Of a stretch of 64,000 bases of DNA, positions 1 to 9,318 are shown one piece after another. Position numbers and translations under genes: made by a program. The notes beneath the pieces are model-generated. The model had not been told where the DNA came from. It did not search any database and was given only the letters and a program-made list of their open reading frames with translations. Origin of the DNA: Candidatus Uhrbacteria bacterium GW2011_GWC2_41_11 (GTDB taxonomy: Bacteria > Patescibacteriota > Patescibacteriia > UBA9934 > GWF2-40-263); NCBI GenBank assembly GCA_000996355.1, contig LCAH01000001.1:85958-149957 (forward strand). The letters are read 5' to 3'. Position 1 is the first letter of the stretch; the number at the start of each line of letters is the position of its first letter.

Positions 1-1
1 A

Positions 2-184
2 CTGTATAAATTTTTTCCAGATAAAATTTTTCGATCCGTTATTCCAAGAAGTATCCGTTTGGCTGAAGCGCCTTCGTTCGGTAAAACAATTTTAGGATAC
101 GATCCGTCTTCAAAAGCAGCGAAGGCTTATGAGCGTCTCGCACGCGAATTACTTTTTCGTGAACAAAATCGTCTTTCTTTTTAA
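2..184 (+). CDS. parA: ParA/Soj chromosome partitioning ATPase, C-terminal part (truncated by window edge)
   Basis: Manual translation of frame 2: LYKFFPDKIFRSVIPRSIRLAEAPSFGKTILGYDPSSKAAKAYERLAREL...; IPRS.RLAEAPSFG is the Soj C-terminal motif; directly upstream of parB. Confidence 0.93.
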   Translation: MYKFFPDKIFRSVIPRSIRLAEAPSFGKTILGYDPSSKAAKAYERLARELLFREQNRLSF

Positions 185-186
185 AT

Positions 187-1050
187 ATGAAACCTGTTCT
201 TGGACGCGGACTCGGATCTCTTATTCCGCAAAAAAAAATCCTCTCTTCTCCTCCATCTCCATCGCTTAATTTGCCGGTTGGAACAATGGTTATTGACATT
301 CCTATAGAAACAATTGTTCCTAATTCACATCAGCCTCGTACCTATTTTGCCCCTGAAGAATTGAATGATCTTGTTGAATCTGTTAAAGCACATGGTATTT
401 TACTTCCGCTGGTTGTGACACGAAAAGATGATGGATATGAATTGATTGCTGGTGAACGTCGTTTGCGTGCGGCAAAACTTGCAGGTTTTTCCACTGTGCC
501 TGCATTGGTTCGAGATGCAAATGAACAACAAAAATTAGAACTGGCCTTAATTGAAAATATCCAACGTCAAGATCTCAACGTTTTGGAAGAAGCAACCGCT
601 TTTCGAACGTTCATAAATGAGTTTGATTTGACGCAGGAAGAAGTTGCGAAACGAGTAGGGAAGAGTCGATCTGTGGTGGCGAACACATTGCGTTTGCTTG
701 AACTTCCTGAGTTTATGCAACAAGCACTTCGAGAAGGAAAGATCAGTAAAAGCCATGCACGCACCCTTTTATCTGAATCAGATCCAGAAAAACAACGTGC
801 TTTGTTTGAAGCGATGATACGCGGAGAAGTGACCGTTCGTGCGGCAGAACATTCGGTGTCTGCTCATCAGCGTTCGGCTCCCGGTACAAGACGTGGAGAC
901 CCGAATCTTATTGATTATGAACGTCAGTTGCAGGAACAATTTGGAACAAAAGTTGAAATTCGCGAGCAGAAAGGAAAAGGAAACATTACATTTCATTTTT
1001 ATTCGAAAGATGATTTGAGAGAACTCTTGCGACGATTCGCAAATTTATAA
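187..1050 (+). CDS. parB: ParB/Spo0J partitioning protein
   Basis: LGRGLGSLI N-terminus, QPR, IAGERRLRAAK, LIENIQRQDLN and an HTH region. Confidence 0.97.
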   Translation: MKPVLGRGLGSLIPQKKILSSPPSPSLNLPVGTMVIDIPIETIVPNSHQPRTYFAPEELNDLVESVKAHGILLPLVVTRKDDGYELIAGERRLRAAKLAGFSTVPALVRDANEQQKLELALIENIQRQDLNVLEEATAFRTFINEFDLTQEEVAKRVGKSRSVVANTLRLLELPEFMQQALREGKISKSHARTLLSESDPEKQRALFEAMIRGEVTVRAAEHSVSAHQRSAPGTRRGDPNLIDYERQLQEQFGTKVEIREQKGKGNITFHFYSKDDLRELLRRFANL

Positions 1051-1081
1051 AAAATCTCCCTCTGAAAACAGGGGGATTTTT
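1051..1081. terminator. Bidirectional intrinsic terminator between convergent parB and rel
   Basis: AAAATCTCCC-TCTGAAAACA-GGGGGATTTT hairpin flanked by A/T runs. Confidence 0.75.
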
Positions 1082-2575
1082 TTAGAGTTTTGTTTTTGAT
1101 TTTGGCAGGACGTTTCGAAGCCAAGCACCCATCACATGTTTTTGTTTATCTTTGATTTTTGAGCGCGCGTGTTGGGTCTTGACGAATTTTAACCAATCAG
1201 GATTTGGACCTTTACGATTTTTGTCTGTGATGATGTCTACAATATCTCCGGATTTGAGAGCAGAATCCAAGTTTACAAGTTGATTGTTTACACGGGCTGC
1301 TGTGCACTTGTTTCCAATTTCGGTGTGAATGGCAAAAGCAAAATCAATCGGAGTAGCGCCTTCCGGAAGATCAATCACGTCTCCTTGAGGAGTAAAAACA
1401 AAGATGCGATCTTTAAATGCATCTATTTTTAGCACCTCAAGTTGTTCAAGAAAATCGGATTTGCTTGCGAGTTCTTTTTGAATAACAACAAGTTCTTCCA
1501 TCCAGTGAAGATTTTTTTGTGGAGTTACTCCTGTTTCTTTATATCGCCAGTGCGCGGAAATACCATATTCCGCTAACTCATGCATTTCACGTGTGCGAAT
1601 TTGAAATTCAGCCACGTCACCATTTTCACAAAAGACACTTGTGTGCAACGATTGATATCCGTTTGGTTTTGGTTGCGCAATGTAATCTTTAATGCGGCGG
1701 GGAACTGGAACCCAATGTTGGTGAATGAATCCAAGAACTGCGTAACATTCTGCGACATCTTCTACCACAATACGGATGGCAATGAGGTCATACACTTTAC
1801 TAATGTCGTTTTGGTAGCGCTGCATTTTTTGATACAGACTATATAAACGTTTGACTCGACCGTGAATCTCTACATGAGCAAGTTTTGCATCTCGTAAAAT
1901 TTGTTCTGCCTTTTCAATAAGTTTTGTGACAGACGCGCCTTTTTCTCGAACTTTTGTTTCCATGATTTGTCGCATCCAATCAAATTCTTTTGGAAAAAGA
2001 TATTGAAATGCAAGGTCTTCAAGATCTCCTTTCATTTCGGACATGCCAAGACGATTGGCAATCGGTGCGTAAATTTCTAAAGCTTCACGAGCTGTACGTT
2101 CTTGTTTGTGAACAGGCATGGCATAGAGTGTTTGCAGATTGTGCAGACGGTCAGCAAATTTGATAAAAATAACACGCACGTCACTTGCCATTGCTAAAAA
2201 CATCTTGCGCATATTTTCAACATAACGATCCACTCCTCGATATACCACTTTTTTCAATTTGGTGACACTTTCAACAAGTGACGCAATATCATCTCCAAAA
2301 TTTTTGCGAATGTCCTCAATGTCAACCTCACTGTCTTCCGCAACATCATGCAAAAGACCTGCAGCAACGACGTTGAGGTTCAAGCCCATTTCTGCCAGTT
2401 TATATGCGACAGCCAGAGGATGAAGAATATAATCATGACCTGTCAAGCGTTTTTCTCCTTGGTGCGCTTCATTGGCTAAATGATAAGCTCGCCGGATGAG
2501 ATCAACATCCGGATTCATATAGTTTTTTTCGACTATTGAAAGCAGATCTTCAATTGTGCGGGAATTTTCTGGCAT
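1082..2575 (-). CDS. rel: RelA/SpoT family (p)ppGpp synthetase/hydrolase (HD + SYNTH + TGS, no ACT domain)
   Basis: YILHP, LLHDVAED, KFADRLHN, GRVK..YS, KDYIAQPKPNGYQSLHT, EFQIRT, TGS motif VFTPQGDVIDLPEGATPIDFAFAIHTEIG. Confidence 0.95.
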   Translation of the reverse strand: MPENSRTIEDLLSIVEKNYMNPDVDLIRRAYHLANEAHQGEKRLTGHDYILHPLAVAYKLAEMGLNLNVVAAGLLHDVAEDSEVDIEDIRKNFGDDIASLVESVTKLKKVVYRGVDRYVENMRKMFLAMASDVRVIFIKFADRLHNLQTLYAMPVHKQERTAREALEIYAPIANRLGMSEMKGDLEDLAFQYLFPKEFDWMRQIMETKVREKGASVTKLIEKAEQILRDAKLAHVEIHGRVKRLYSLYQKMQRYQNDISKVYDLIAIRIVVEDVAECYAVLGFIHQHWVPVPRRIKDYIAQPKPNGYQSLHTSVFCENGDVAEFQIRTREMHELAEYGISAHWRYKETGVTPQKNLHWMEELVVIQKELASKSDFLEQLEVLKIDAFKDRIFVFTPQGDVIDLPEGATPIDFAFAIHTEIGNKCTAARVNNQLVNLDSALKSGDIVDIITDKNRKGPNPDWLKFVKTQHARSKIKDKQKHVMGAWLRNVLPKSKTKL

Positions 2576-2656
2576 AGGTGCATGATTTAGAGTAGAAGGG
2601 TTTCTCTTATCTGTAAAGATTTTTTCTTTCTTTTTCTTTTTTTGAAAAAGATTTTA

Positions 2657-2685
2657 TTGACGGAACAGAAAATTTCAGCTAAAAT
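2657..2685 (+). promoter_or_regulatory. sigma70-type promoter
   Basis: TTGACG-17 nt-TAAAAT upstream of the ORF at 2712. Confidence 0.65.
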
Positions 2686-2711
2686 ATAAGTAATTTATTG
2701 AATTTTTGTGT

Positions 2712-3941
2712 ATGTCAAATCCAGAACGAGGAGGATCTCCGTCTGAAGGAGAGCGTAAATTTTTGCGTGAATCATCTGAACGTGAACGTGTTTCCAATCG
2801 AGGAGAGGTGGGAGAAAAACGAAAAGAAGGAATTGGACATGAGCAATTGATTCAGGCAGAAATTGCTCGTGCACATCGCCTTGCATCAACAAGATCAGTC
2901 AGAGAGACTGGAGATATTGTTGTTCATCCAGAAAATGGGCGTGAACAAGGGGCTCGTGCAGATGTCCTTGTTCGTGATACAACAGGTAATTTTGTTTCTC
3001 TCCAAGAGATTGTTCCAGAGGCTCAAGGAATTCAAGTTGTTTATGGACGTGAAATTGCGGTTGATCCTGATTCAAATGAGGTCACTGTTCCTGTTGATTT
3101 TCATTCATCTGATTTGCCGTATGTCATTCGTGAATTGCTTCGTGCTGGTCATCGGACAAAAGCACGAACCGGAAAAGGAGAATCTGAATTTGCCTCTGCT
3201 CTTGAGAAAGAGTGTAAAACACGAAAAGCATTAGAGGATGGTCTTGAAGAGATAATGAAAAACGTGCGAGGAATAGATATTCCAGAGTTAGAAGCACGAT
3301 ATCGTTTATTGGAAACAGAGCATGCAAAAGCAATGGGTGTTGCAGAAAAAGCTCTTGATAAATTGATGGGTGTGGGGGCGAGTGCCTACCAAGAGATGAC
3401 GAATCGTGATGTATATGAGACAGCCGGCGGAGTTGATACTTTTCGAAAAGAGCTTCGACAGCAGCTTTTAGAAAAACAATCATCTTTAGTTTTTCCGTAT
3501 GATGAAAAAGGAAACCGATTCCTTTTAGGAACACCAGCAGAAGGAGCCGAACATCTGTGGGAAATGTCGACAGCGCAGAGTCTTGGTCATATTTGGCGTG
3601 ATTCGGAAACAGCAAAACGATATCGTTTTCGGAAACGTTTAAAAATTTCTTCTGATCCAGTTAATGTTTTGAGAACATTCGGGAAAGTTGCTGTTTGGGA
3701 TACATTAAAAATAAGTTTTCGTTCTGCCGGATTCTTAGCTTTGCGTTTGATTGATGTTGTTCCTGCAAAAGCGATGCGTTGGGCAGACCATAAAGTAGAT
3801 GGGTGGCTTTACGACCAGCAGAAATATTTTGGGGAAATGATTTGGGGAAAGGGATATAAGCCAAAATGGAAAAAAGTAGAAGAACAAGATAAAGAGAATG
3901 AGGAATGGATAGAAAAGAAAACAAAGGATAATTTGAAATAA
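2712..3941 (+). CDS. Hypothetical charged (Glu/Arg-rich) protein
   Basis: ~410-aa ORF with its own promoter and terminator; likely start MSNPERG; no recognisable family. Confidence 0.8.
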   Translation: MSNPERGGSPSEGERKFLRESSERERVSNRGEVGEKRKEGIGHEQLIQAEIARAHRLASTRSVRETGDIVVHPENGREQGARADVLVRDTTGNFVSLQEIVPEAQGIQVVYGREIAVDPDSNEVTVPVDFHSSDLPYVIRELLRAGHRTKARTGKGESEFASALEKECKTRKALEDGLEEIMKNVRGIDIPELEARYRLLETEHAKAMGVAEKALDKLMGVGASAYQEMTNRDVYETAGGVDTFRKELRQQLLEKQSSLVFPYDEKGNRFLLGTPAEGAEHLWEMSTAQSLGHIWRDSETAKRYRFRKRLKISSDPVNVLRTFGKVAVWDTLKISFRSAGFLALRLIDVVPAKAMRWADHKVDGWLYDQQKYFGEMIWGKGYKPKWKKVEEQDKENEEWIEKKTKDNLK

Positions 3942-3942
3942 A

Positions 3943-3970
3943 ACAAAAACCGCCGAAAGGCGGTTTTTGT
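3943..3970. terminator. Bidirectional intrinsic terminator
   Basis: ACAAAAACCGCC-GAAA-GGCGGTTTTTGT perfect hairpin between convergent genes. Confidence 0.9.
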
Positions 3971-3979
3971 GAAGAAAGA

Positions 3980-6205
3980 TTATTCTTCGTTTGTGGTTTT
4001 TTCAAAGTCACATTCTTTTGAAGAACATCGGACAGATCCTTTTGCCGCAAAAACAATGAGGCTGTTGCATTTGGGACATGTTTCACCTGTTGGTTTTTGC
4101 CAAAGGGCAAATGAACAAGCAGGATATTGATTACATCCGTAAAAGGTGCGTTTTTGACGCGTGCGTTTTTCAACAAGTTCACCTTTTTTGCATACGGGGC
4201 ATGTTATTCCAATTTTTGATTCAATATTTTTGATGGTTTTGCATTCTGGATATCGTGAGCAGGAGAGAAAAGGACCAAAACGTCCATGTTTGATCACCAT
4301 GGGTGCTTGGCAGGTTGGACAAATTTCATTTGTGGTTTCCACTTCCGGCGGAGCGCCTTCTCCTTGGTCTTTGAGTGGTTTGGTATTTTTACATGTTGGA
4401 TAGTTGCTGCATGCGAGAAATTTTCCAAACCGTCCGTGCTTAATGACCATGGGTGAGTTACATTTGTCGCAACTGATATCTGTTTTTACATCATCGGGTC
4501 TGGATCGAGCAACGGTTTTTTCTTTTTCCTCAAGAGTTTGATGGAAGGGTTCGTAGAATGCTCGAATGACCGGAACCCACGGGGTTTCTCCATCTGCAAC
4601 CGCATCAAGTTTCTGTTCCATGTTTGCGGTAAATGCGTAGTCGACGATGTTCGGAAAATGTTCAACAAGAAGATCGTTGACGGTTTTTGCAATGCCTCCT
4701 GGAAAAAGTTTTTTCTGCTCATCTCGTTCCACATATCCGCGATCAATAATCGTTGCAATAGTTGGCGCATAGGTGGATGGGCGTCCAATCCCGTATTCTT
4801 CCAAGGTTTTTACAAGGGTTGCATCTGAATAGCGTGGAGGCGGTTCCGTGACATGTTCTTTGGAATCCAGTTGAACGAGGGTGAGAATATCTTCGACGAT
4901 AAGATCCGGAAGCAATGTTTCTTTTTGTTTTTCCGCGTACACTTTTAAATATCCTTCAAAACGAATCATAGAACCAGCTGTTCGAAATGCATATGGAGTA
5001 TTGGTTGCAATATCAACCGTTGTGCTTTCGAATATCGCTTCTGGAAGCTGGGTTGCGACCGCACGTCGCCATACAAGATCATAAAGACGCCAGAGACGAC
5101 GATCAAGAACATTTTGTAACTGATCTGGATGACGACGAACATCTGTTGGACGAATAGCTTCATGTGCTTCCTGAGCGCCTTTGGATTTTGTTTTGTATCG
5201 GCGAGGTTCTGGAAGGGTGAATATGTCTTTAAAATTCTCACGGATAAACGTGGTTGTTTCTTGAAGAAAGAGATCAGAAAGATTTACCGAATCTGTACGC
5301 ATGTAGGTGATAAGAGCAACGGAACCTTCTCCGGGAATTTCAACTCCTTCATATAATTTTTGTGCGAGACGCATTGTGTCTTTAGCTGTGAGACCAAGTT
5401 TTGTGTTTGCGTCTTGTTGAAGAGTGGAAGTGGAAAACGGAGGGGGAGGAGAACGACGCACGGTTTTTTGAGAAATGTTGGAAATGCGATATGTTGCTCC
5501 GTTTAATGATTGAAGAATTTGATCGGCATTTTCTTTTGATTCAATAGCAAGTTTTTCAAGACGTGTTCCGTTTTTTGTGTGGAGCTTTGCTGGAAAGTTT
5601 TTTTCGTTTTTAGAAAGGAGTGCTTCTATGGTCCAATATTCTTGAGGTTTGAAGACTTCTCGTTCGCGTTCACGTTCAACAACCAAACGTACAGCCACAG
5701 ATTGAACACGGCCAGCGGATAATCCTTTTTGAATTTTTCGCCAAAGAAAAGGAGAGAGTTCGTATCCAACTAAACGATCAAGCACACGACGTGCTTGTTG
5801 AGCGTCGACGAGATGTTGGTCAAGTGGACGCGGGTTTTCTAAAGCATGTTCAATCGCTCGTTTGGTAATTTCGTGAAAGGTAATACGTTCGAGTTTTTCC
5901 GGAGGGACTTGCAAAATTTCAGCAAGATGCCAGGAAATAGCTTCTCCTTCACGGTCTTCGTCTGTTGCAAACAGAATTTTATCTGCTTTTTTTGCCGCTT
6001 CTTTGAGGGTTTTTACCTGTTTCAGTTTTTCCCTTGGAACAATATATTTTGGTTGAAATTCATGTTCGACATCTACACCTAACGCACTTTTTGGTAAATC
6101 GCGAACATGACCAAAAGAAGAAAGAACGGTATAACCTCTTCCGAGAAATTTTCCGATGGTTTTTGCTTTCGTCGGAGACTCGACGATGACAAGATGATGA
6201 GACAT
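3980..6205 (-). CDS. topA: DNA topoisomerase I
   Basis: LVIVESPTKAKTI, ATDEDREGEAI, SAGRVQS, LITYMRTDS, C-terminal zinc ribbons. Confidence 0.98.
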   Translation of the reverse strand: MSHHLVIVESPTKAKTIGKFLGRGYTVLSSFGHVRDLPKSALGVDVEHEFQPKYIVPREKLKQVKTLKEAAKKADKILFATDEDREGEAISWHLAEILQVPPEKLERITFHEITKRAIEHALENPRPLDQHLVDAQQARRVLDRLVGYELSPFLWRKIQKGLSAGRVQSVAVRLVVEREREREVFKPQEYWTIEALLSKNEKNFPAKLHTKNGTRLEKLAIESKENADQILQSLNGATYRISNISQKTVRRSPPPPFSTSTLQQDANTKLGLTAKDTMRLAQKLYEGVEIPGEGSVALITYMRTDSVNLSDLFLQETTTFIRENFKDIFTLPEPRRYKTKSKGAQEAHEAIRPTDVRRHPDQLQNVLDRRLWRLYDLVWRRAVATQLPEAIFESTTVDIATNTPYAFRTAGSMIRFEGYLKVYAEKQKETLLPDLIVEDILTLVQLDSKEHVTEPPPRYSDATLVKTLEEYGIGRPSTYAPTIATIIDRGYVERDEQKKLFPGGIAKTVNDLLVEHFPNIVDYAFTANMEQKLDAVADGETPWVPVIRAFYEPFHQTLEEKEKTVARSRPDDVKTDISCDKCNSPMVIKHGRFGKFLACSNYPTCKNTKPLKDQGEGAPPEVETTNEICPTCQAPMVIKHGRFGPFLSCSRYPECKTIKNIESKIGITCPVCKKGELVEKRTRQKRTFYGCNQYPACSFALWQKPTGETCPKCNSLIVFAAKGSVRCSSKECDFEKTTNEE

Positions 6206-6296
6206 GTAAGGTGATAATGAGGGAACAAAGAGAAAACGTCAAGAATAGAACTTCCGCGTTTGGCCTATTTCGTTGTCACAAGCTCCGTTCCTCGTT

Positions 6297-7400
6297 TTAT
6301 TTTACATAGAACATTCCGCCGACGTGAGTTGTTAATCCTTTTAATTCAAGCATGGAAACAGCTGCAGTGATCACGGATGTTGGTTCTCTGATTTGACGCG
6401 CAAGTTCATCAATGTGAATGGGTTGACTTGAAAGCAATGTGTAGATTTTTTCTTCCAATGGATCTGTCCATTGAATATCAACCGGAGGAACAGGCGTAGA
6501 AGAAATATCTTTTGGTGTTGCTCCAAGAACAGAAAGGATATCTTCTGGACAAGTGACAACATGGGCTCCTGTTTTAATAAGCTCGTTTGTCCCTGTAGAT
6601 AACGGATTATAAATGGATCCTGGAACCGCAAAGACGTCGCGGCCAATATCCAAAGCTGCTTTTGCCGTAATAAGAGATCCGGATGTGATGGCCGCCTCAA
6701 TAACAACAGTGCCTTGACAAAGACCAGCAATAATACGATTGCGTAAAGGGAAATGATGACTGAGTCCGGGAGTTCCAATGGGAAATTCAGAAAGAAGGGC
6801 TCCACCCGTTTCGAGAATTTTTTCTGCGAGTGCGCGATGTCCGGCTGGATAGATGCTGTTGGCATCCAATCCAGATCCAAGAACTGCAAGAGTCATCCCA
6901 CGGACATTGGAAACAGCCTGATGGGCAAGAGCATCAATGCCGTATGCCATGCCACTCACAATTACTGTTCCGTGTATCGCAAGATATTCTGCGAGTGTTT
7001 GAACCACACGGCGACCATATTCGGTCGGATGACGTGAGCCGACAAGTGCCACGCACAATGCATCTTTTGGAGGAAGCGTTCCGCGCAAAAAAAGAAGCGC
7101 AGGAGGATCGTAGAGATGGGTGAGATTTTGTGGATAAAAAGGATCTCCAAATACAACAACCGTCACGTTGTGGCGTTCAAGTTGCTCTTTTTCTTCTTCA
7201 GGATTGAATTGGTTTCGTTTAGAAAGAAACTCATCTGTGATTCGTTCATCGATTCCGGCCAACAGAAATTCTGTTCGATGAGCAGAGAATGCAGTCTCAA
7301 ATGAAGGAAATATTTTTCGAAGCATGCTGATTCGACGTGCTCCAAATTTTGGAAATCGGGCAAGGGCAAGAAGAAATCCCAGATCTCTGCCATCGATCAT
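6297..7400 (-). CDS. dprA: DNA-processing protein DprA
   Basis: VGSR, VSGMAYGIDA.AH, FP.RNRIIAGL, SGSLITA, C-terminal winged helix LELKG. Confidence 0.97.
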   Translation of the reverse strand: MIDGRDLGFLLALARFPKFGARRISMLRKIFPSFETAFSAHRTEFLLAGIDERITDEFLSKRNQFNPEEEKEQLERHNVTVVVFGDPFYPQNLTHLYDPPALLFLRGTLPPKDALCVALVGSRHPTEYGRRVVQTLAEYLAIHGTVIVSGMAYGIDALAHQAVSNVRGMTLAVLGSGLDANSIYPAGHRALAEKILETGGALLSEFPIGTPGLSHHFPLRNRIIAGLCQGTVVIEAAITSGSLITAKAALDIGRDVFAVPGSIYNPLSTGTNELIKTGAHVVTCPEDILSVLGATPKDISSTPVPPVDIQWTDPLEEKIYTLLSSQPIHIDELARQIREPTSVITAAVSMLELKGLTTHVGGMFYVK

Positions 7401-7407
7401 AAAAACA

Positions 7408-7941
7408 TCAGGATATTAAAAGTTCCTCGAGTCGTAAACAGGTCTGTTTCAAAATATCTGGTAACTGGTTTTGTTCTTCTGTATTCCATGTTCCCAGAAC
7501 CCATGCATCCAGAGGAATAGCTGATCGTTCTGGACGTCCAATACCTATGCGAAGTCGTTTGATCTCGTTTGTCTTTAACTGTTCTATAATAGACTTCATT
7601 CCATTATGGCCTCCGGAAGAACCGGATGAACGAAAACGAAGCAATCCAAATGGAAGATCTGCATCATCATAGACAACAAGAATATCTTTTGGATCAATAT
7701 GCCAGAATCCAGACGTTGCTGTCACAGCTTCTCCAGAACCATTCATGAATGTAGTCGGAAGAAGGACAATAATTTTTTCTTCTTGGATTCGACATTCAGC
7801 AACGTTTGCGGAAAAGGTTCGTTTTTCTTTGAAGATCCCTTCATGATTTTTTGCGAACTGTTCCGCAGCCAAAAATCCAATATTGTGACGTGTTTTTGCA
7901 TACGCTGAACCTGGATTTCCTAAACCAACAAGGAGTTTCAT
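7408..7941 (-). CDS. pth: Peptidyl-tRNA hydrolase
   Basis: LLVGLGNPG..Y..TRHNIGF, FMN.SG, GGHNGMKSI, RLRIGIGRP. Confidence 0.98.
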   Translation of the reverse strand: MKLLVGLGNPGSAYAKTRHNIGFLAAEQFAKNHEGIFKEKRTFSANVAECRIQEEKIIVLLPTTFMNGSGEAVTATSGFWHIDPKDILVVYDDADLPFGLLRFRSSGSSGGHNGMKSIIEQLKTNEIKRLRIGIGRPERSAIPLDAWVLGTWNTEEQNQLPDILKQTCLRLEELLIS

Positions 7942-7949
7942 AAAGAGAA

Positions 7950-9314
7950 CTAGACCGCACGAACGGTTGGAAGGCGGGCAGATACTTTAATAGGTGTTCC
8001 GGAAAGAGGAAATGATTCATGTAAACGATTTTCCAAATAACGAAGATAGCTTGGGTGAATCACATCTGTTCGTTTTGCACGAATGGTGACCGCAAAGGTG
8101 GGTGGGGCCACACCAACCTGTTTGATTCCAAGAACTTTTGGCGGTTTTGGTCCTTTGCCTTTCATAGGAAGGCGTGCGCGAGTTGCTTTGATAAAAAAGG
8201 CTTCAAGTTCTTCAAGAGGAATTTCGGTAAAACGTGCTGTTTGAACTTCATCAATCAAATGAAAAAGTTCATCCACACGTTGGCCGGTTTTTGCAGAGGT
8301 AAAAAGGACAGGTGCCCAGGTAAGAAACGGGAGTGCATTTTTGATCGCCTCAGAAAATTTTCCAATTGTGGTTGGAGTTTTGTCTGGAATAAGATCCCAT
8401 TTGTTTGCAACGACAATGACACCAATTCCTGTTTCTTGAAGGAGACCGGCAAGAATACGGTCTTGAACTCCGAATGGCTCTGATGCATCTAATACGAGCA
8501 AAGCAATATCTGCACGTTTGATGGTTTCGACAGTTCGTTCAACACCTATTGCTTCCAATCCACCTGTTTTTCTGACTTTGCCGCGTTTTCGCATTCCGGC
8601 TGTATCAATAAAGAGATAATTTTTTTCTCCTACTTCAACAAGGGTATCAACAGGTTCTCGTGTCGTGTGAGCAATTGGACTCACAATAAATCGTTCTTCC
8701 TTGAGTAATTGGTTTAAAACCGAAGACTTTCCAACATTTGGTTTTCCAATAACAGCAACACGTACCGGAGAAATCTGACTTAATTCTGCGGGAGGAATTC
8801 CATGTTTTTCCAATGATTCATACACACGATCCAACATATCGCCAAGACCGGTGCCGCGTAAGGCAGAAATAGGAATAGGTGTAGGAAGACCTCCTAAACG
8901 CCATTCACCGGATTCAGCTGCAAGGATTTGAGCAGGGGATTCAGCTTTATTTCCAACTGTGATCACTGGTTTTTTTGAGCGGCGTAAACGTTCGGCAATT
9001 TTTCGTTCTTGTGGAAGGGGAACGCCTTTGAGATCAAGAACAAATAAAATAAGATCCGCTTGTTCGATCGCGCGTTCCGTTTGTTTCATGGCATCTTGTT
9101 CAAGATCTTCCGCGTGAGGAACATCAAGACCGGCTGTATCAACGATACGAATGATTCGTCCACGCCAAAGACAATCCGCCTCATGCCGATCACGTGTGGT
9201 TCCTGGAACACGGGAAACTAATGCTTTATTTTCTTCAGCCAGACGGTTAAATAGGGTAGATTTACCAACGTTCGTTCGGCCGATAATGGCGATGGTTGGA
9301 AGATGAGGGCGCAT
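7950..9314 (-). CDS. der: Ribosome biogenesis GTPase Der (EngA)
   Basis: Two G domains (GRTNVGKS/DTAG and GKPNVGKS/DTAG/NKWD) plus a KH-like C-terminus; start taken at MRPHLPT to avoid overlap with the upstream gene. Confidence 0.96.
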   Translation of the reverse strand: MRPHLPTIAIIGRTNVGKSTLFNRLAEENKALVSRVPGTTRDRHEADCLWRGRIIRIVDTAGLDVPHAEDLEQDAMKQTERAIEQADLILFVLDLKGVPLPQERKIAERLRRSKKPVITVGNKAESPAQILAAESGEWRLGGLPTPIPISALRGTGLGDMLDRVYESLEKHGIPPAELSQISPVRVAVIGKPNVGKSSVLNQLLKEERFIVSPIAHTTREPVDTLVEVGEKNYLFIDTAGMRKRGKVRKTGGLEAIGVERTVETIKRADIALLVLDASEPFGVQDRILAGLLQETGIGVIVVANKWDLIPDKTPTTIGKFSEAIKNALPFLTWAPVLFTSAKTGQRVDELFHLIDEVQTARFTEIPLEELEAFFIKATRARLPMKGKGPKPPKVLGIKQVGVAPPTFAVTIRAKRTDVIHPSYLRYLENRLHESFPLSGTPIKVSARLPTVRAV

Positions 9315-9318
9315 GTTA

